Shown here one piece after another: positions 12,875 to 24,705 of a stretch of 57,485 nucleotides of DNA (its first letter is position 1; every line of letters starts with the position of its first letter). Below the pieces are notes generated by a model. That model was not told the DNA's origin. It was given only the letters and a program-made list of their open reading frames with translations, and did no database searches. Where the stretch lies: positions 60,267,257 through 60,324,741 of the forward strand of contig NC_068985.1 in assembly GCF_001194135.2 (NCBI RefSeq). The letters are read 5' to 3'. The DNA comes from Octopus bimaculoides. Its lineage: Eukaryota. The position numbers were made by a program, and so were the translations under genes.

Positions 12875-13701
12875 TGCACACATGTTCATACATACCTGTG
12901 TGAGTTTATATATATACATGTATACATGCATGAATATATATATATGTATACATGTATATATATATATATATATGTATATATATGTATGTATATATACATA
13001 TGTATGTATATATGAATATATATATGAATATATATATGTATATATGTACGTATATATATATATATGTATGTATATATGTACGTATATATATATATATGTN
13101 NNNNNNNNNNNNNNNNNNNNNNNNNNNNNNNNNNNNNNNNNNNNNNNNNNNNNNNNNNNNNNNNNNNNNNNNNNNNNNNNNNNNNNNNNNNNNNNNNNNN
13201 NNNNNNNNNNNNNNNNNNNNNNNNNNNNNNNNNNNNNNNNNNNNNNNNNNNNNNNNNNNNNNNNNNNNNNNNNNNNNNNNNNNNNNNNNNNNNNNNNNNN
13301 NNNNNNNNNNNNNNNNNNNNNNNNNNNNNNNNNNNNNNNNNNNNNNNNNNNNNNNNNNNNNNNNNNNNNNNNNNNNNNNNNNNNNNNNNNNNNNNNNNNN
13401 NNNNNNNNNNNNNNNNNNNNNNNNNNNNNNNNNNNNNNNNNNNNNNNNNNNNNNNNNNNNNNNNNNNNNNNNNNNNNNNNNNNNNNNNNNNNNNNNNNNN
13501 NNNNNNNNNNNNNNNNNNNNNNNNNNNNNNNNNNNNNNNNNNNNNNNNNNNNNNNNNNNNNNNNNNNNNNNNNNNNNNNNNNNNNNNNNNNNNNNNNNNN
13601 NNNNNNNNNNNNNNNNNNNNNNNNNNNNNNNNNNNNNNNNNNNNNNNNNNNNNNNNNNNNNNNNNNNNNNNNNNNNNNNNNNNNNNNNNNNNNNNNNNNN
13701 N

Positions 13702-13754
<53 letters not shown>

Positions 13755-13815
13755 CATACATACATACACACACATGCATGTATGTATATATATATATATA
13801 TATATGTGTTTGTAT
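12790..13815. repeat. Long (AT)n-rich microsatellite spanning an assembly gap
   Basis: Direct reading; N run at 13100-13701. Confidence 0.9.
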
Positions 13816-14114
13816 ACACACAAAATTTGCCTCTGAGAGTGTGTGCTTAGATTAGAAAATATATAGTTATGATAAAAATTATTATGTCCATTAAAAGCAA
13901 CATAGTTTGAAATGGTTCTGTGTATACCACTTTAGAAGAAATTTATAAACACCTCAGTTCTTTATTTGATTAGTGTTCTCCAAGTAAAAACGTTACCAAA
14001 TTAAGCCCAGCATAATTTAACTGGACCCAGGAATGGCTGTATGGGTAAAAATATATGTTCAGTAATCATGTGCTCAGCATTCAATTCTATGGTGTTGCAC
14101 CTTAAGTGTCCTCC

Positions 14115-14310
14115 ACTCATCATCATCATCATTTAACATCCATTTTCCATGCTAGCATGGGTTGGACGATTTGACTGGGGACTGGCGAACCAGATGGCTA
14201 CACCAGACGCCAATCTGATCTGGCAGAGTTTCTACAGCTGGATGCCCTTCATAATGCCAACCACTCCGAGAGTGTAGTGGGTGCTTTTTACATGCCACCG
14301 GCATGGAAGC
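14115..14310 (-). mobile_element. RTE 3' UTR fragment with (GAT)n tail
   Basis: Reverse complement of 1120-1337. Confidence 0.8.
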
Positions 14311-14606
14311 GAGACTGCCTGGAAGATTTAGTCAAAGAAATAACCCCACTACTTAATATTTTTAATTCGATACATATACCATGACTGTTTTTTTTCTTAA
14401 ACTGCTAAGCCATGTGGACAAGTTCTTGCCTAAAAATTGCAGTCACTACTTGTGAATATACTTAAATCTTGACTGTCTANNNNNNNNNNNNNNNNNNNNN
14501 NNNNNNNNNNNNNNNNNNNNNNNNNNNNNNNNNNNNNNNNNNNNNNNNNNNNNNNNNNNNNNNNNNNNNNNNNNNNNNNNNNNNNNNNNNNNNNNNNATA
14601 TATATA

Positions 14607-14639
<33 letters not shown>

Positions 14640-14653
14640 TTATATATATATAT

Positions 14654-14694
<41 letters not shown>

Positions 14695-14789
14695 CACATT
14701 GTCAGTACACATGTCAGTTGACTGAATAAAACTGCTGTACTCTTACTGCTTACTGTACTCTTGCCTATTACACCAACCATAACTCCTTA

Positions 14790-15250
14790 TGAGGGACTCT
14801 AAGATACAAACCAGTCTGGAAAAGGAAGATTTGGTGGTTTAACAATCCTTTGAATAGTCAGAGATTTAGAGATGTCCTAGAAGTCATTTACAGGGATGCT
14901 GTCTGTGAGGCAAAAGTTGGCAATGAGAATAGCAATGAATTTAGTGTACAGGTAGTTCACCAATGATCAATTCTCAGTCCTATCTTGTTTAACATAGACC
15001 TCCAGGCCAAAACAAGGGAATTTTGAAACTAGTTGTCCATCGAAGCTCCTCTATGCTAATGACCTTGTTCATATAACTGAATCATTAGTAGAATTAGAGA
15101 AAAAGTTTTAGTTGTGGAAACAAGACCTTGAATCAAAGGGCCTTAGAGTTAAATTAGTAAAGACTAAAGTATTAGTAAGCAGGAAAGCAGATAAATTATT
15201 AATCCCTTCAGGGAAATGGCCCTGCTTGATATGTAGAAAAGGTGTAGGTA
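14790..15250 (+). pseudogene. RTE LINE reverse transcriptase fragment
   Basis: VHQ.SILSPILF, LLYANDL, WKQDLESKGLRVKLVKTKVL, WPCLICRKGVG; same family as 2465-5137. Confidence 0.85.
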
Positions 15251-15369
15251 TCTCCTCTATTGCAAGACACCTGTTTCTGTCCCTCTATTCATACTCTAAC
15301 TTCTCATCACCTTGTACAAAACCATTTACTTCTCAATTGAGAGTCTTGCAATTTACTTGGTGACCTCAC

Positions 15370-15555
15370 CACTGCTGGTGTCACGTAAAAAGCACTCAGT
15401 ACACACTGTAAAGCAGTTGGTGTTAGTAAGGGCATCCAGCTGTAGAAACCATGTCAAAGTAGACAGTAGAGTTTGGTGTAGTCTTCTGATTTGCCAGCTC
15501 CTGTCATACTGTCCAATCCATGTCAGTATGAAAGGAGGACATCAAATGATGATGA
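15370..15555 (+). mobile_element. RTE-like 3' tail fragment
   Basis: AAAAGCACTCAGTACAC...AAGGGCATCCAGCTGTAGAAACC...(GAT)n. Confidence 0.7.
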
Positions 15556-16299
15556 TAATTATGATAGAATTTTTGCAGTAACACTTAGAAATTAAAAAAA
15601 AAATTTGGTGACTCTATTTAATTAATGTAAAACATCAACTAAATAATAGTAATAACAGAATCAAGAGCAGGTGTAACTGTAAGAACTGTCAGAACTGCTT
15701 GCTTGGTGGAAACTCTTTTGCCATTTCCTTTGTATACTGAATTGAGACAGTATTCATTGATGGCTTACAGCCAAAAGCTTACAATCATACAACACTAAAT
15801 GAATTTAAGGTGAGCTATTATTTGTACAAGCATTCCTAGATCAGTGCTAGTAGGATATTTGCTACTCAACTTTAGAAATAGGTTTTTAAAGTAATTAATA
15901 ACAGTACCTACTTATAAGAATGATAACAGTAGAAAGTAGCTAAGTTGTCATCTTTGCTTAACTGAAAAGATTTTAACATTATTGTACAATGAGAACAATT
16001 TGAATTTTAAAAATGTCCTTTTGGCATCTTGAGTATATGTTTGCACAAAGTGAAAAAGTTACTGTGTAATTTTCAGAAAGCAGATCCACCATAGAATAAT
16101 TCCCAACAAAAATTTTGTATTGTTTTCTCTTCCGTTATTTCTTCTATGTCATATTACAAGATGTTTTTGTTCATCTTACAAGGCTTTATAAATCAATTTA
16201 GGACATGTTTTAACAATCAACAAAATTTTCACTCATAAACCTTGAGGGGACCACTCTGGTACCTCTTCACCACTATTTTATCTCTTTTCAGCTCCACCC

Positions 16300-16655
16300 A
16301 ATCATTGTCAACTTCTCTTCTAAATGTAAGTAGCCATGTGGCTATTCTACAGCAAGAAATCTGCTCTGCTCCCTTCTCTCATACTTCAATCTTTTATCTC
16401 CTAGCATAAAGCCACCCCTACCTCAGAATTTGGACTCTTCCAATGTTCACGGTGACCACACTAGTACTGGTAGCATAGGAAAAGCACCTAGTACATGATG
16501 TAAAGAGGCTGACATTAGGAAACTTCTTTACATCAAGCTATAGAGATCAAACCAAAGCAAACGTTGGAACACAATGCAGTCATTGACTCATTGGCTCCTG
16601 TCAAGCCATCAACCCATGCCAGCATGGAACATGGACATTAATTGATGATGACGAT
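16300..16655 (+). mobile_element. Family C retroposon 3' fragment
   Basis: Shares core and tail with 7600-7940; ends CCCATGCCAGCATGGAACATGGACATTAA(TGA)n. Confidence 0.6.
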
Positions 16656-16809
16656 GGAATATTGAAACTTCAAACTGTGTAAAAAAATTCATTAAAGTTA
16701 TGTTATGAACTTTTGTTTTCACAACACTGTTTAAAGTTATGTATTAAATAAGATTGATCATGGACCTTGATAGAAAAGCTTGCAGCAGTTTTTATAGTAA
16801 AAAGAAACC

Positions 16810-18434
16810 ACCATGTTGTTGGAAATAGATGGACTTATTCACAATTTCAAAGTTGAAACTGGAGCAATTGGAACATGTCCAAATCAACCAGACTTAAAAG
16901 CCTCTGGAAATATTGTTATGATTTTGCTACAAAATATACCAAATATAAATGGCACAAACTGTATTTTGACAATAGGTATAGAGGTGTTGATCTTGTAAAA
17001 CCAACCCTACATGAACAGAGTATAGCATTTGTTGGTACAGTACATTAAAGACAAAAAGGCAAGAAGTCTGTCAAAGTATGGACGACCAATTTTGATGGTG
17101 TGTTGTTCCACTATTGTCAATGTATGAAGCAGTCAATCCAACAACTGAAAGAAATCTCCAGATTTGACAGAAAAGAAAAAATTCACATAACCATGCCATG
17201 CCATTCAATTGTTAGCATATACAATAAATTTATGAGCAAGGTAGATTTACTGGAAGCGTTATTGAGCCTTTACAGAATCCATGTTCGCTCAAACAAGCGG
17301 CACTACCGACTTATTTTCCACTTTCTCCATATGGTTGTGGAACAGTCACAGCTTTTATTCCAACTTAATGAACCAGAGACTGCAACAAATGTAAAGTTTA
17401 GAACAAGTAGAAAGATAAATTTTTTTCAACATGTAAATAACGAACAGTATATATATAAAGGATAAAATCCTTTTAAGAGCAGAAAAATTTGCCGGCAACC
17501 AGCCGCCAGCAAATTTTTCTGCTCTTAAAAGGATTTTATCCTTTATATATACTGTTCAGTATTTACATGTTGAAAACAAAATTATCTTTCTACTTGTTCT
17601 ATAATACATTCCAACGCTTCAAAAACAAACTTATGTTTGTTTACATATGACGTAAAGTTTAAAGATTTTAAAGTGAGCATTTCAGAATCACTCATGAGAT
17701 TAGGTAAATCCTAGTCAGCCAAAAGAAGACACCCATGACTAAGCAAAGTGGAAAGGCACTGGCCAAAAATTCCAGAGGACTGACAGCTCCAGTACCAAAC
17801 TGGTCAATCCACATAGATGGTATTGACCAATGACCCCAGCACATGGAAGGCGGCAAGAAGGGCAGATGCAAGAATCCAGGTTGTAAGTTCATTACATGTG
17901 GTAAATGTGATGTTAACCTTTGTTTTACTGCAAAAATCAAACTGTTCCAAACACTTTCACACTGAATGAAAACAATTTTTGTTTTTCCATATGTCAAGTA
18001 AGACAGTTTTTATTGTTATTCTTGTGTTTTTGGATAACCTTCATGTGATAAGCATGGAAATTGAAGCATAGGTACACAAATGCTAGTAGACCAAATTGAA
18101 CCTAAATAAAGCAACTGTGTAAAGACTTCAAGTGCACCTGAGAAGACCTACCATGTGCAATGGCACCTGAACAGTCTGGAGAGAATGAGTCATGGCGATC
18201 CATGCCATAAGCATGACCAGATGATGATAATGTCACAATAAATTACATTTTAAGTATTTATTTACATGTTTTTATTTACCTTCTTTGCATATTACTGCTT
18301 TAAATTAACAAAACCCAAATATCTACACTTACATAAAAATTTGCAATGTTTCACTTTCCAGCTATGGATTTTGATTGTCTTTCAATAAAAATAATGTTCT
18401 TGTATTTGTCCTTAATAATTCATGCAATATAGGG
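16810..18434 (+). mobile_element. piggyBac transposon 3' half (transposase pseudogene plus right end)
   Basis: DGLIHNF...QPDLKASGNIV..LL; YNKFMSKVDLL...LYRI.VRS.K..YRLIFHF; C-terminal Cys-rich GRCKNPGCKFIT..KCDVNLCF. The element ends ...GCAATATAGGG|TTAA (18435-18438). The left end was not found. Confidence 0.85.
17401..17651. mobile_element. 251-bp hairpin insertion with 10-bp direct repeat inside the piggyBac ORF
   Basis: About 98-bp near-perfect inverted arms (17399-17496 / 17505-17601) with an 8-nt loop; GTAAAGTTTA at both 17391-17400 and 17652-17661. Confidence 0.8.
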
Positions 18435-18512
18435 TTAACTGGCTGAAAATATATGAAACAACCCTCACAATGATTTCTTCTGAGCCAAAACAAATCAACA
18501 AATCAACACATA

Positions 18513-18915
18513 TACTCTTTTACTTGTTTCAGTCATTTGACTGTGGCCATGCTGGAGCACCGCCTTTAGTCGAGCAAATCAACCCCAGGACTTATTTTTT
18601 GTAAGCCGAGTACTTATTCTATTGGTCTCTTTTGCCGAACTGCTAAGTTATGAGGACATAAACACACCACCATCGGTTGTCAAGCAATGTTGGGGGGACA
18701 AACACAGACACACAAACATATATGCACACATACATACATATATACATATATACGACGGGCTTCTTTCAGTTTCCATCTACCAAATCCACTCACAAGGCTT
18801 TCGTCGGCCCAAGGCTATAGTAGAAGACACTTTCCCAAGGTGCCACACAGTGAGACTGAACTCGGAACCATGTGGTTGGTAAGCAAGTTACTTACCACAC
18901 AGCCATTCTTATGCC
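18513..18915 (-). mobile_element. Family A SINE, full length
   Basis: Complete reverse complement of the 652-1035 architecture. Confidence 0.85.
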
Positions 18916-18990
18916 TATATATATATATGCATGTTCAATCTCATGCGGATGTCTCGTGTATAGTTCTGCAAATTATATTTTGCTATGACG

Positions 18991-19061
18991 ATCACACTGA
19001 TGAATTGTGGACGTTAACGTAAGTATTATGTAAGTGGTAAGAATGAAACCGGGTTTGTGAT
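18991..19061 (+). ncRNA. Type I minimal hammerhead ribozyme motif
   Basis: Stem I ATCACA (18991-96) / TGTGAT (19056-61); core CTGATGA (18997-19003); stem II ATT...AAT; GAAA (19045-48); stem III AC-cgg-GT; cleavage triplet GUU ending at 19055. Confidence 0.75.
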
Positions 19062-19405
19062 TAATTTTTATATTTTGTATCTCTTCATTTGTCTTGCTCG
19101 CCTATGTTCTGGCGTTTGCTGAATTTTCTTGTGAACAATCTTTTCTTAGTGGCCATACCATACAGGGTCTTCTAGCATAATGGATGTCCACTTATTGGTC
19201 ATCCCTCTTATATGTATGTAATATAATTTTACTGAATCTTCAGATTTTTCAATATGCTAAGCCACTGGTTTTAAATTGATATTAATCAAATTAATATTCA
19301 ATTTTTCACCCNNNNNNNNNNNNNNNNNNNNNNNNNNNNNNNNNNNNNNNNNNNNNNNNNNNNNNNNNNNNNNNNNNNNNNNNNNNNNNNNNNNNNNNNN
19401 NNNNN

Positions 19406-19437
<32 letters not shown>

Positions 19438-19444
19438 TACACAT

Positions 19445-19487
<43 letters not shown>

Positions 19488-19489
19488 CA

Positions 19490-19564
19490 AATATTCTATA
19501 ATTATAAACATAATTATAATTAGCTGACCCCTAATTATAATTATGTTTATAATTATAGAATATT
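19490..19564. repeat. Perfect AT-rich inverted repeat, 34-bp arms, 7-nt loop
   Basis: AATATTCTATAATTATAAACATAATTATAATTAG-ctgaccc-CTAATTATAATTATGTTTATAATTATAGAATATT. Confidence 0.95.
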
Positions 19565-19658
19565 CACATAATTTTACCTATAAAGGTTATTTTAATGTAC
19601 TGATCCACTTGGTAAAATTATTAATTACTGATTGATTAATTAATTAATTTTACCCTTT

Positions 19659-19692
<34 letters not shown>

Positions 19693-19894
19693 TGTGGAGG
19701 AACTCACGAATAATCAATGGCTGTGCAATCGATATGTGTAAATATGTATATATCATTTTTTTAAAAAATATTATTTATATTTAAATCATGTTTTATCTAT
19801 ATTTTTAAATTACATATTTTTTTATTTTTTTATTTATGTATGCATGAGCTGATCTGCGTCGGACACCGGAATGATTTTTAATCACTCTATGGAG

Positions 19895-22800
19895 TGTTTG
19901 GGTGTTGGTTTGGTGTCTAGCACAGGATAGCCTACCTCATGGGCAGGTAGAATCTCTTTAATTTTGGTTGGTAATCAACCTAGGAGAAGGAAATCTCCAA
20001 AATAAAACCTGAGGCCTTGGAAGTTCCCAGTTTTACCAATTCTCATGTCACACCAGCAAAAGTCTTCTTGGGCCAATAGGTGGGAGTAGTGCAATGCAAG
20101 CTACACCCATTGAAAATTACTCATCTGCACAGATACTTCTTGTACACCAAATCTTAGGAAAATCATTAAATTGGTTGGCAGAAACCTAAAAATGCACTTT
20201 GCACCTTACTCTGAAATGTTCCAAACAGATTCAGTAAATAGCAAAAAAGGCTTGGGAACATCAGGGAATTGGTCTGGCTCAGCAGGTGTCCCAGCATGTC
20301 ACAGGTTGGGCCTGGTCATCATCCTGCCACTGTGGTCAAACAATCGTCAAGAAGAAGAAAAAAATAAACATCCTCTGAATTTTGGCTGTTGAAATGTGCA
20401 CACATTTCTTGATAATTTCAACAAGAGGCCAGAAAGGCATAATGCACTTATTGCATGTGAGCTTAAAAAAATTCCCTTGATATAGTTGCACTCTCTGAAA
20501 CTTGTCTCTCTGGTGAGGGTCAAATAAATTAACCTACCTATGGACATACCATCTTCTGGAGTGGCCTACCTGAGGGTCAGCATAGAGAATCTTGGGTTTG
20601 CTCTCAAGAATTCATTAGTATCCTCCATTGCAGAATTTCCAGGTGGTATATCTGAACAAACCATGTCATGCCATAAAAAACTGACAAAAGGTAAGTTTCT
20701 TACCATTGACAGTATTTATGCACCAACAATGTCTCATTCTAACGAAACTGTAAGACAATTTTATGATGATCTAATACAATTACTGAGGTTAGTGCCGATT
20801 CTTTTGATAATATTGGGAGATTTCAACACAATAGTTGGAAATGACTACATTTCATGGCCTGTTTTAGGCCGACATGGAATTGGAAAATGTAATAAAAATG
20901 GAGTAGCTCTTTCGATATTTTGTACTGAAAATAATCAGGTTGTTACCAACATTCTGTTTAAGCAGAAAAATAAATATAAAACTACCTGGATGCACTCAAG
21001 ATCTAAGGACTGGCATCTCATAGATTATATTTTGATCAGAAAGTATGATATGAAAGATGTTTCTAGTGTTTAGGCCATGAGAGGAGCAGAGAGCTAGACT
21101 GACCATCATCTAAAGCATGGAAAAATTAATTTTTCAATAATGCCTAAAAGTTAACAGTCTGGTCCTAAGGTACCGAAAAAGTTAAATGTTGCAAACTTCA
21201 AATTACCAAGTAACTTTCAAAGATTCCATGATGCTATAGAAAGTATCAATCTTGATCCAAATAGTCTATGGGAAGATTTCAAAGCAAAAGTATTTCAGGC
21301 TGCAAGTTCTATATATCACATAAGTCCAGTGAGTGGTTTTCAGACAAATCACCAGAAATTCATAATCTACTTTTAGAAAAACAAAATTTAGGTAATACAC
21401 TTCTTTCTTAGTCATTGAACCCCAATTCAAATGAAGCTTATGGGAAACAAAGCTGAAAGGGAAAGTGCAGGCTACTCTAAGGAAAATTAAACAGGAATGG
21501 TGGAATGACAGAACAAAAGGGGCACAGGAAGCAGCCGATAGAAATTATGCCAAGGGTTTGTACTCTTATGTTAAGGAGGTATATGGCCCAAAATTTCTTC
21601 AATAGCTCCAGTGAGAACAGCAAATGGACATTTGCATTTGATTGACACCATTTCTATTCATAAGTGCTGGGTAGAACATTTTTCTGCACTTTTGAATAGA
21701 CCATCATCTGTTGACATGAGAATGATAGAAAAATCAAACACCTTCCTGTTATAGAAGAGATGGCATTTGAACCAATTTTAAATGACATTTATTTAGCTGT
21801 GAATAAGCTGAATAACAATAAGTCTTCAGAATCAGATGGAATCTGTGCAGAAGTCTTGAAATATGGGGTGACAAAATGTTTGAACTATTAAATATATTAA
21901 TTTGTCACTATTGGAGAACTGAGGAAGTGCCTCAAGACTGAATTGATGCCATTTTAGTCTTCTTGTATAAATCAGGGCCAAAGGATCTGTGTGGTCATTT
22001 TCATGGGATTTCACTTTTGCCTGTAGTTGGAAAGGTACTTGCCCGCATTTTGTTTGAACATTTAAATACCTTCACAGTTCCAAATCTAGTATCTGAGTCT
22101 CAGTGTGGTTTTTGCTCCTCCAGGGGCATAGTTGACTGTATCTTTAGTATTAGACAATTTCAGGGATAGTGCATTAAACAGAATCTTGCCCTATACCATT
22201 GCTTTGTTGATTTAATCAAGGCATTTGATACTGTGGCTAATACTAAGGAAAATAGGTTGCCTAGAAAAATTTGTAAACATGTTCAGGATTTTGCATCAAG
22301 ATATGAAGGCAAGAGTTAATTTTGGTGGTAAGTTCTCTGAATCTTTTGCCATGGAAAATAGAGTAAAGCAAGGAAACCTTGATGCACCCACCCTCTTTGC
22401 AACATATTCTGCTGTTGTGCTGTCACACGCTTTTCAAAACTCTGAGTAGGGTATTTACATAAAATATCGAACAACAGGGAATGTCTTTAATCTGACCAGA
22501 CTGAAATTCAAAGCAAAGGTTTTTACTTAACTCATTGGGGAACTCTAATATGCTGACAATTGCAATCTAGTCAGTCACTCTGAAATAGGCTTGCAATCTC
22601 TTGCATCTGCATTTGACACAGTTTGTGATGATTTTGACCATCAACTTGAAAAAACAGTTGTAATGTATCAACCTGTATGTGGTGCTGTTTGCAACCCCAC
22701 TAAAATTTTTGTTAAGGGTAAGTTACCTGAGGTTGTTGGCTCTTTCATTTACTTTAGAAGCTCTGTACAAAATGATGGAAATCTGGACACAGAAATACAC

Positions 22801-23500
22801 CTGCAAATTGAAAGGGAAACACAAGCATTTAGTGGTTTGGAGTCACGTGTTTGGTGCCAACAACATAAATAACAACACAAAATTGGCTCTTTACAAATCA
22901 TTTGTCTTACTATCCCTGTTGCATTCTTGTGAAACATGGACGTGTTATAAAAGACATTTCAAATTGCTAGAACAATTCCACCAAAAATGCTTTCACTGCA
23001 TTTTAAACATTAAATGGAGTTTTTTTACTCCAGACACAGATGTCTTTGTGTCTGCAGACATCACTTCAATTAAATCAATGATTCTGAAAAACCAAATGAG
23101 ATAGTCTAGCCATATTGTTTGAATGGTGGATAAACACACACCTAAACAGCTGTTTTATGGTAAGCTTGCAGAGGGGAAATGCAATTGGTGTAAGCCTAAA
23201 AAGCGGTTTAAGGATGGTATGACTACCATGAAGCCACTTGGAATGGATCCAAAGGCCACAGAAACCCTTGCTTTGGATTGAGCTGGATGACAAACAAAAA
23301 TGTGGAGTTGAGTGGAAACATTTGAGAAGGCCAGGATAACACATGCAAGACTCAAGAGAGATTTAAAGAAAAATGTTGCGATCGAGGTGAATCGCAGTGA
23401 CCTTTTTGTGTACACAGTTTGTAACAGACCTTGCTTTTCTTTTGCTGGGCACAAATCTCATTTGAGGACCCATGAAAAACAAACCTCCACTTACTATTCT
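19895..23500 (+). mobile_element. Near full-length RTE (BovB-like) LINE, decayed
   Basis: 5' UTR motif CAACCTAGGAGAAGGAAA; APE endonuclease (LNFGC.NVHT, ALSET, IYAPT, ILGDFN, TWMHSRSKDWHLIDY); RT (GISLLPVVGK, ESQCGF, KAFD, YAD); C-terminal CNRPCFSFAGHKSHLRTH. Many stops and frameshifts. Confidence 0.9.
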
Positions 23501-23508
23501 GCCCATAT

Positions 23509-23966
23509 GTAATTTTGGGAGCTGTACTTTTGTGATCCTTTCTAAAAATTTGTGTAAGAGTCTGACAGTCCCTAGCTGAAAGTTATGGCTTTCTTCCGGA
23601 GTTTTGTTTCGACGATGAGGATTTTCCCTCTTTCTCAAAGGCTGTCATTACTTTCGAGACAGTAAACATTTTGGCTGTTTTCTTGATACACCAAACATTT
23701 TGGCTGTTTTCACTATGCTAGTGCCTGCCATATGAGCACCAACAATTTAACCTCTTTGAAAGTCCAATAGATCTGTCATGTTAATGAATTTTAATTACTT
23801 TTTTCTGATGATATCTGAAAAGAAACAGCAGTTTTAGCAAAACATATTAAGCAACACTAATAAATCAAAAAATGTAAAAATAAAAAAAGCTTTTGATGGT
23901 TTTATAGATATTTCAAAATTATGATGCTATGATGCTAGGTGTTTCTATTATTTTGTAGAACCCCTC
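23509..23966 (-). mobile_element. Tc1 transposon 5' fragment
   Basis: Reverse complement of 30856-31280, including the TIR (GGGGTTCTACAAAATAATAGAAACACC) and the MTDL.DFQRG.IVGA start. Confidence 0.85.
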
Positions 23967-23975
23967 TTTTACACT

Positions 23976-24418
23976 TTTTACTCTTATTTGTTTCAGTCAT
24001 TTGACTGTGGCCATGCTGGAGCACCGCCTTTGGTCGAGCAAATCAACCCCAGGACTTATTCTTTGTAAGCCGAGTACTTATTCTATTGGTCTCTTTTGCT
24101 GAACCACTAAGTTACGGGGACATAAACACACNNNNNNNNNNTTATTCTATTGGTCTCTTTTGCTGAACCACTAAGTTACGGGGACATAAACACACCACCA
24201 TCGGTTGTCAAGCGATGTGGGGGGGGGGGGGACAAACACAAACACACATATATACGACAGGCTTCTTTCAGTTTCCATCTACCAAATCCACTCTCAAGAC
24301 TTTGGTCGACCCAAGGCTATAATAGAAGACACTTGCCCAAAGTGCCATGCAGTGGGACTGAACCTGGAACCATGCAGTTCGTAAGCAAGCTACTTACCAC
24401 ACAGCCACTCCTATGCCT
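23976..24418 (-). mobile_element. Family A SINE, full length
   Basis: Highly similar to 18513-18915; contains a small gap-overlap artefact. Confidence 0.85.
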
Positions 24419-24705
24419 GTATATATTTATTATGTAAGTAAGGAAAAATCCTAGCTGTGCCCTCTTGAAGCATATCAGCTTATTCCAGTATTATAATGCA
24501 GTATGTAGTTGTTGCATAAGCACTTCATCCAAATGTATTATTTGTCTGTTGAATTTGTATTAGGAAATTTCATATATGTTTACCCAACATGTACAATTTT
24601 GTGATTCATATTAGCAAATGAAATGTCTGTAATAGTGAATAAATAATACCAAAAACTTTTCCAGATTCCTTCTTTGTTATATTTGTAAAACTTGTATGTA
24701 ACAAA

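Noticed and set aside
11274-13855. Long ORFs in the track (260-350 aa), and similar ones at 45.4-46.2, 48.7-49.0, 53.9-54.5 and 55.6-56.2 kb
   Set aside because: They are made of N gaps and dinucleotide microsatellites, not coding sequence.
23800-23830. CTGATGA...GAAA motif
   Set aside because: No stem II or stem I pairing; it lies within the Tc1 5' region.
24078-24194. 54-bp direct repeat around a 10-N gap
   Set aside because: Typical scaffolding overlap artefact inside a SINE.
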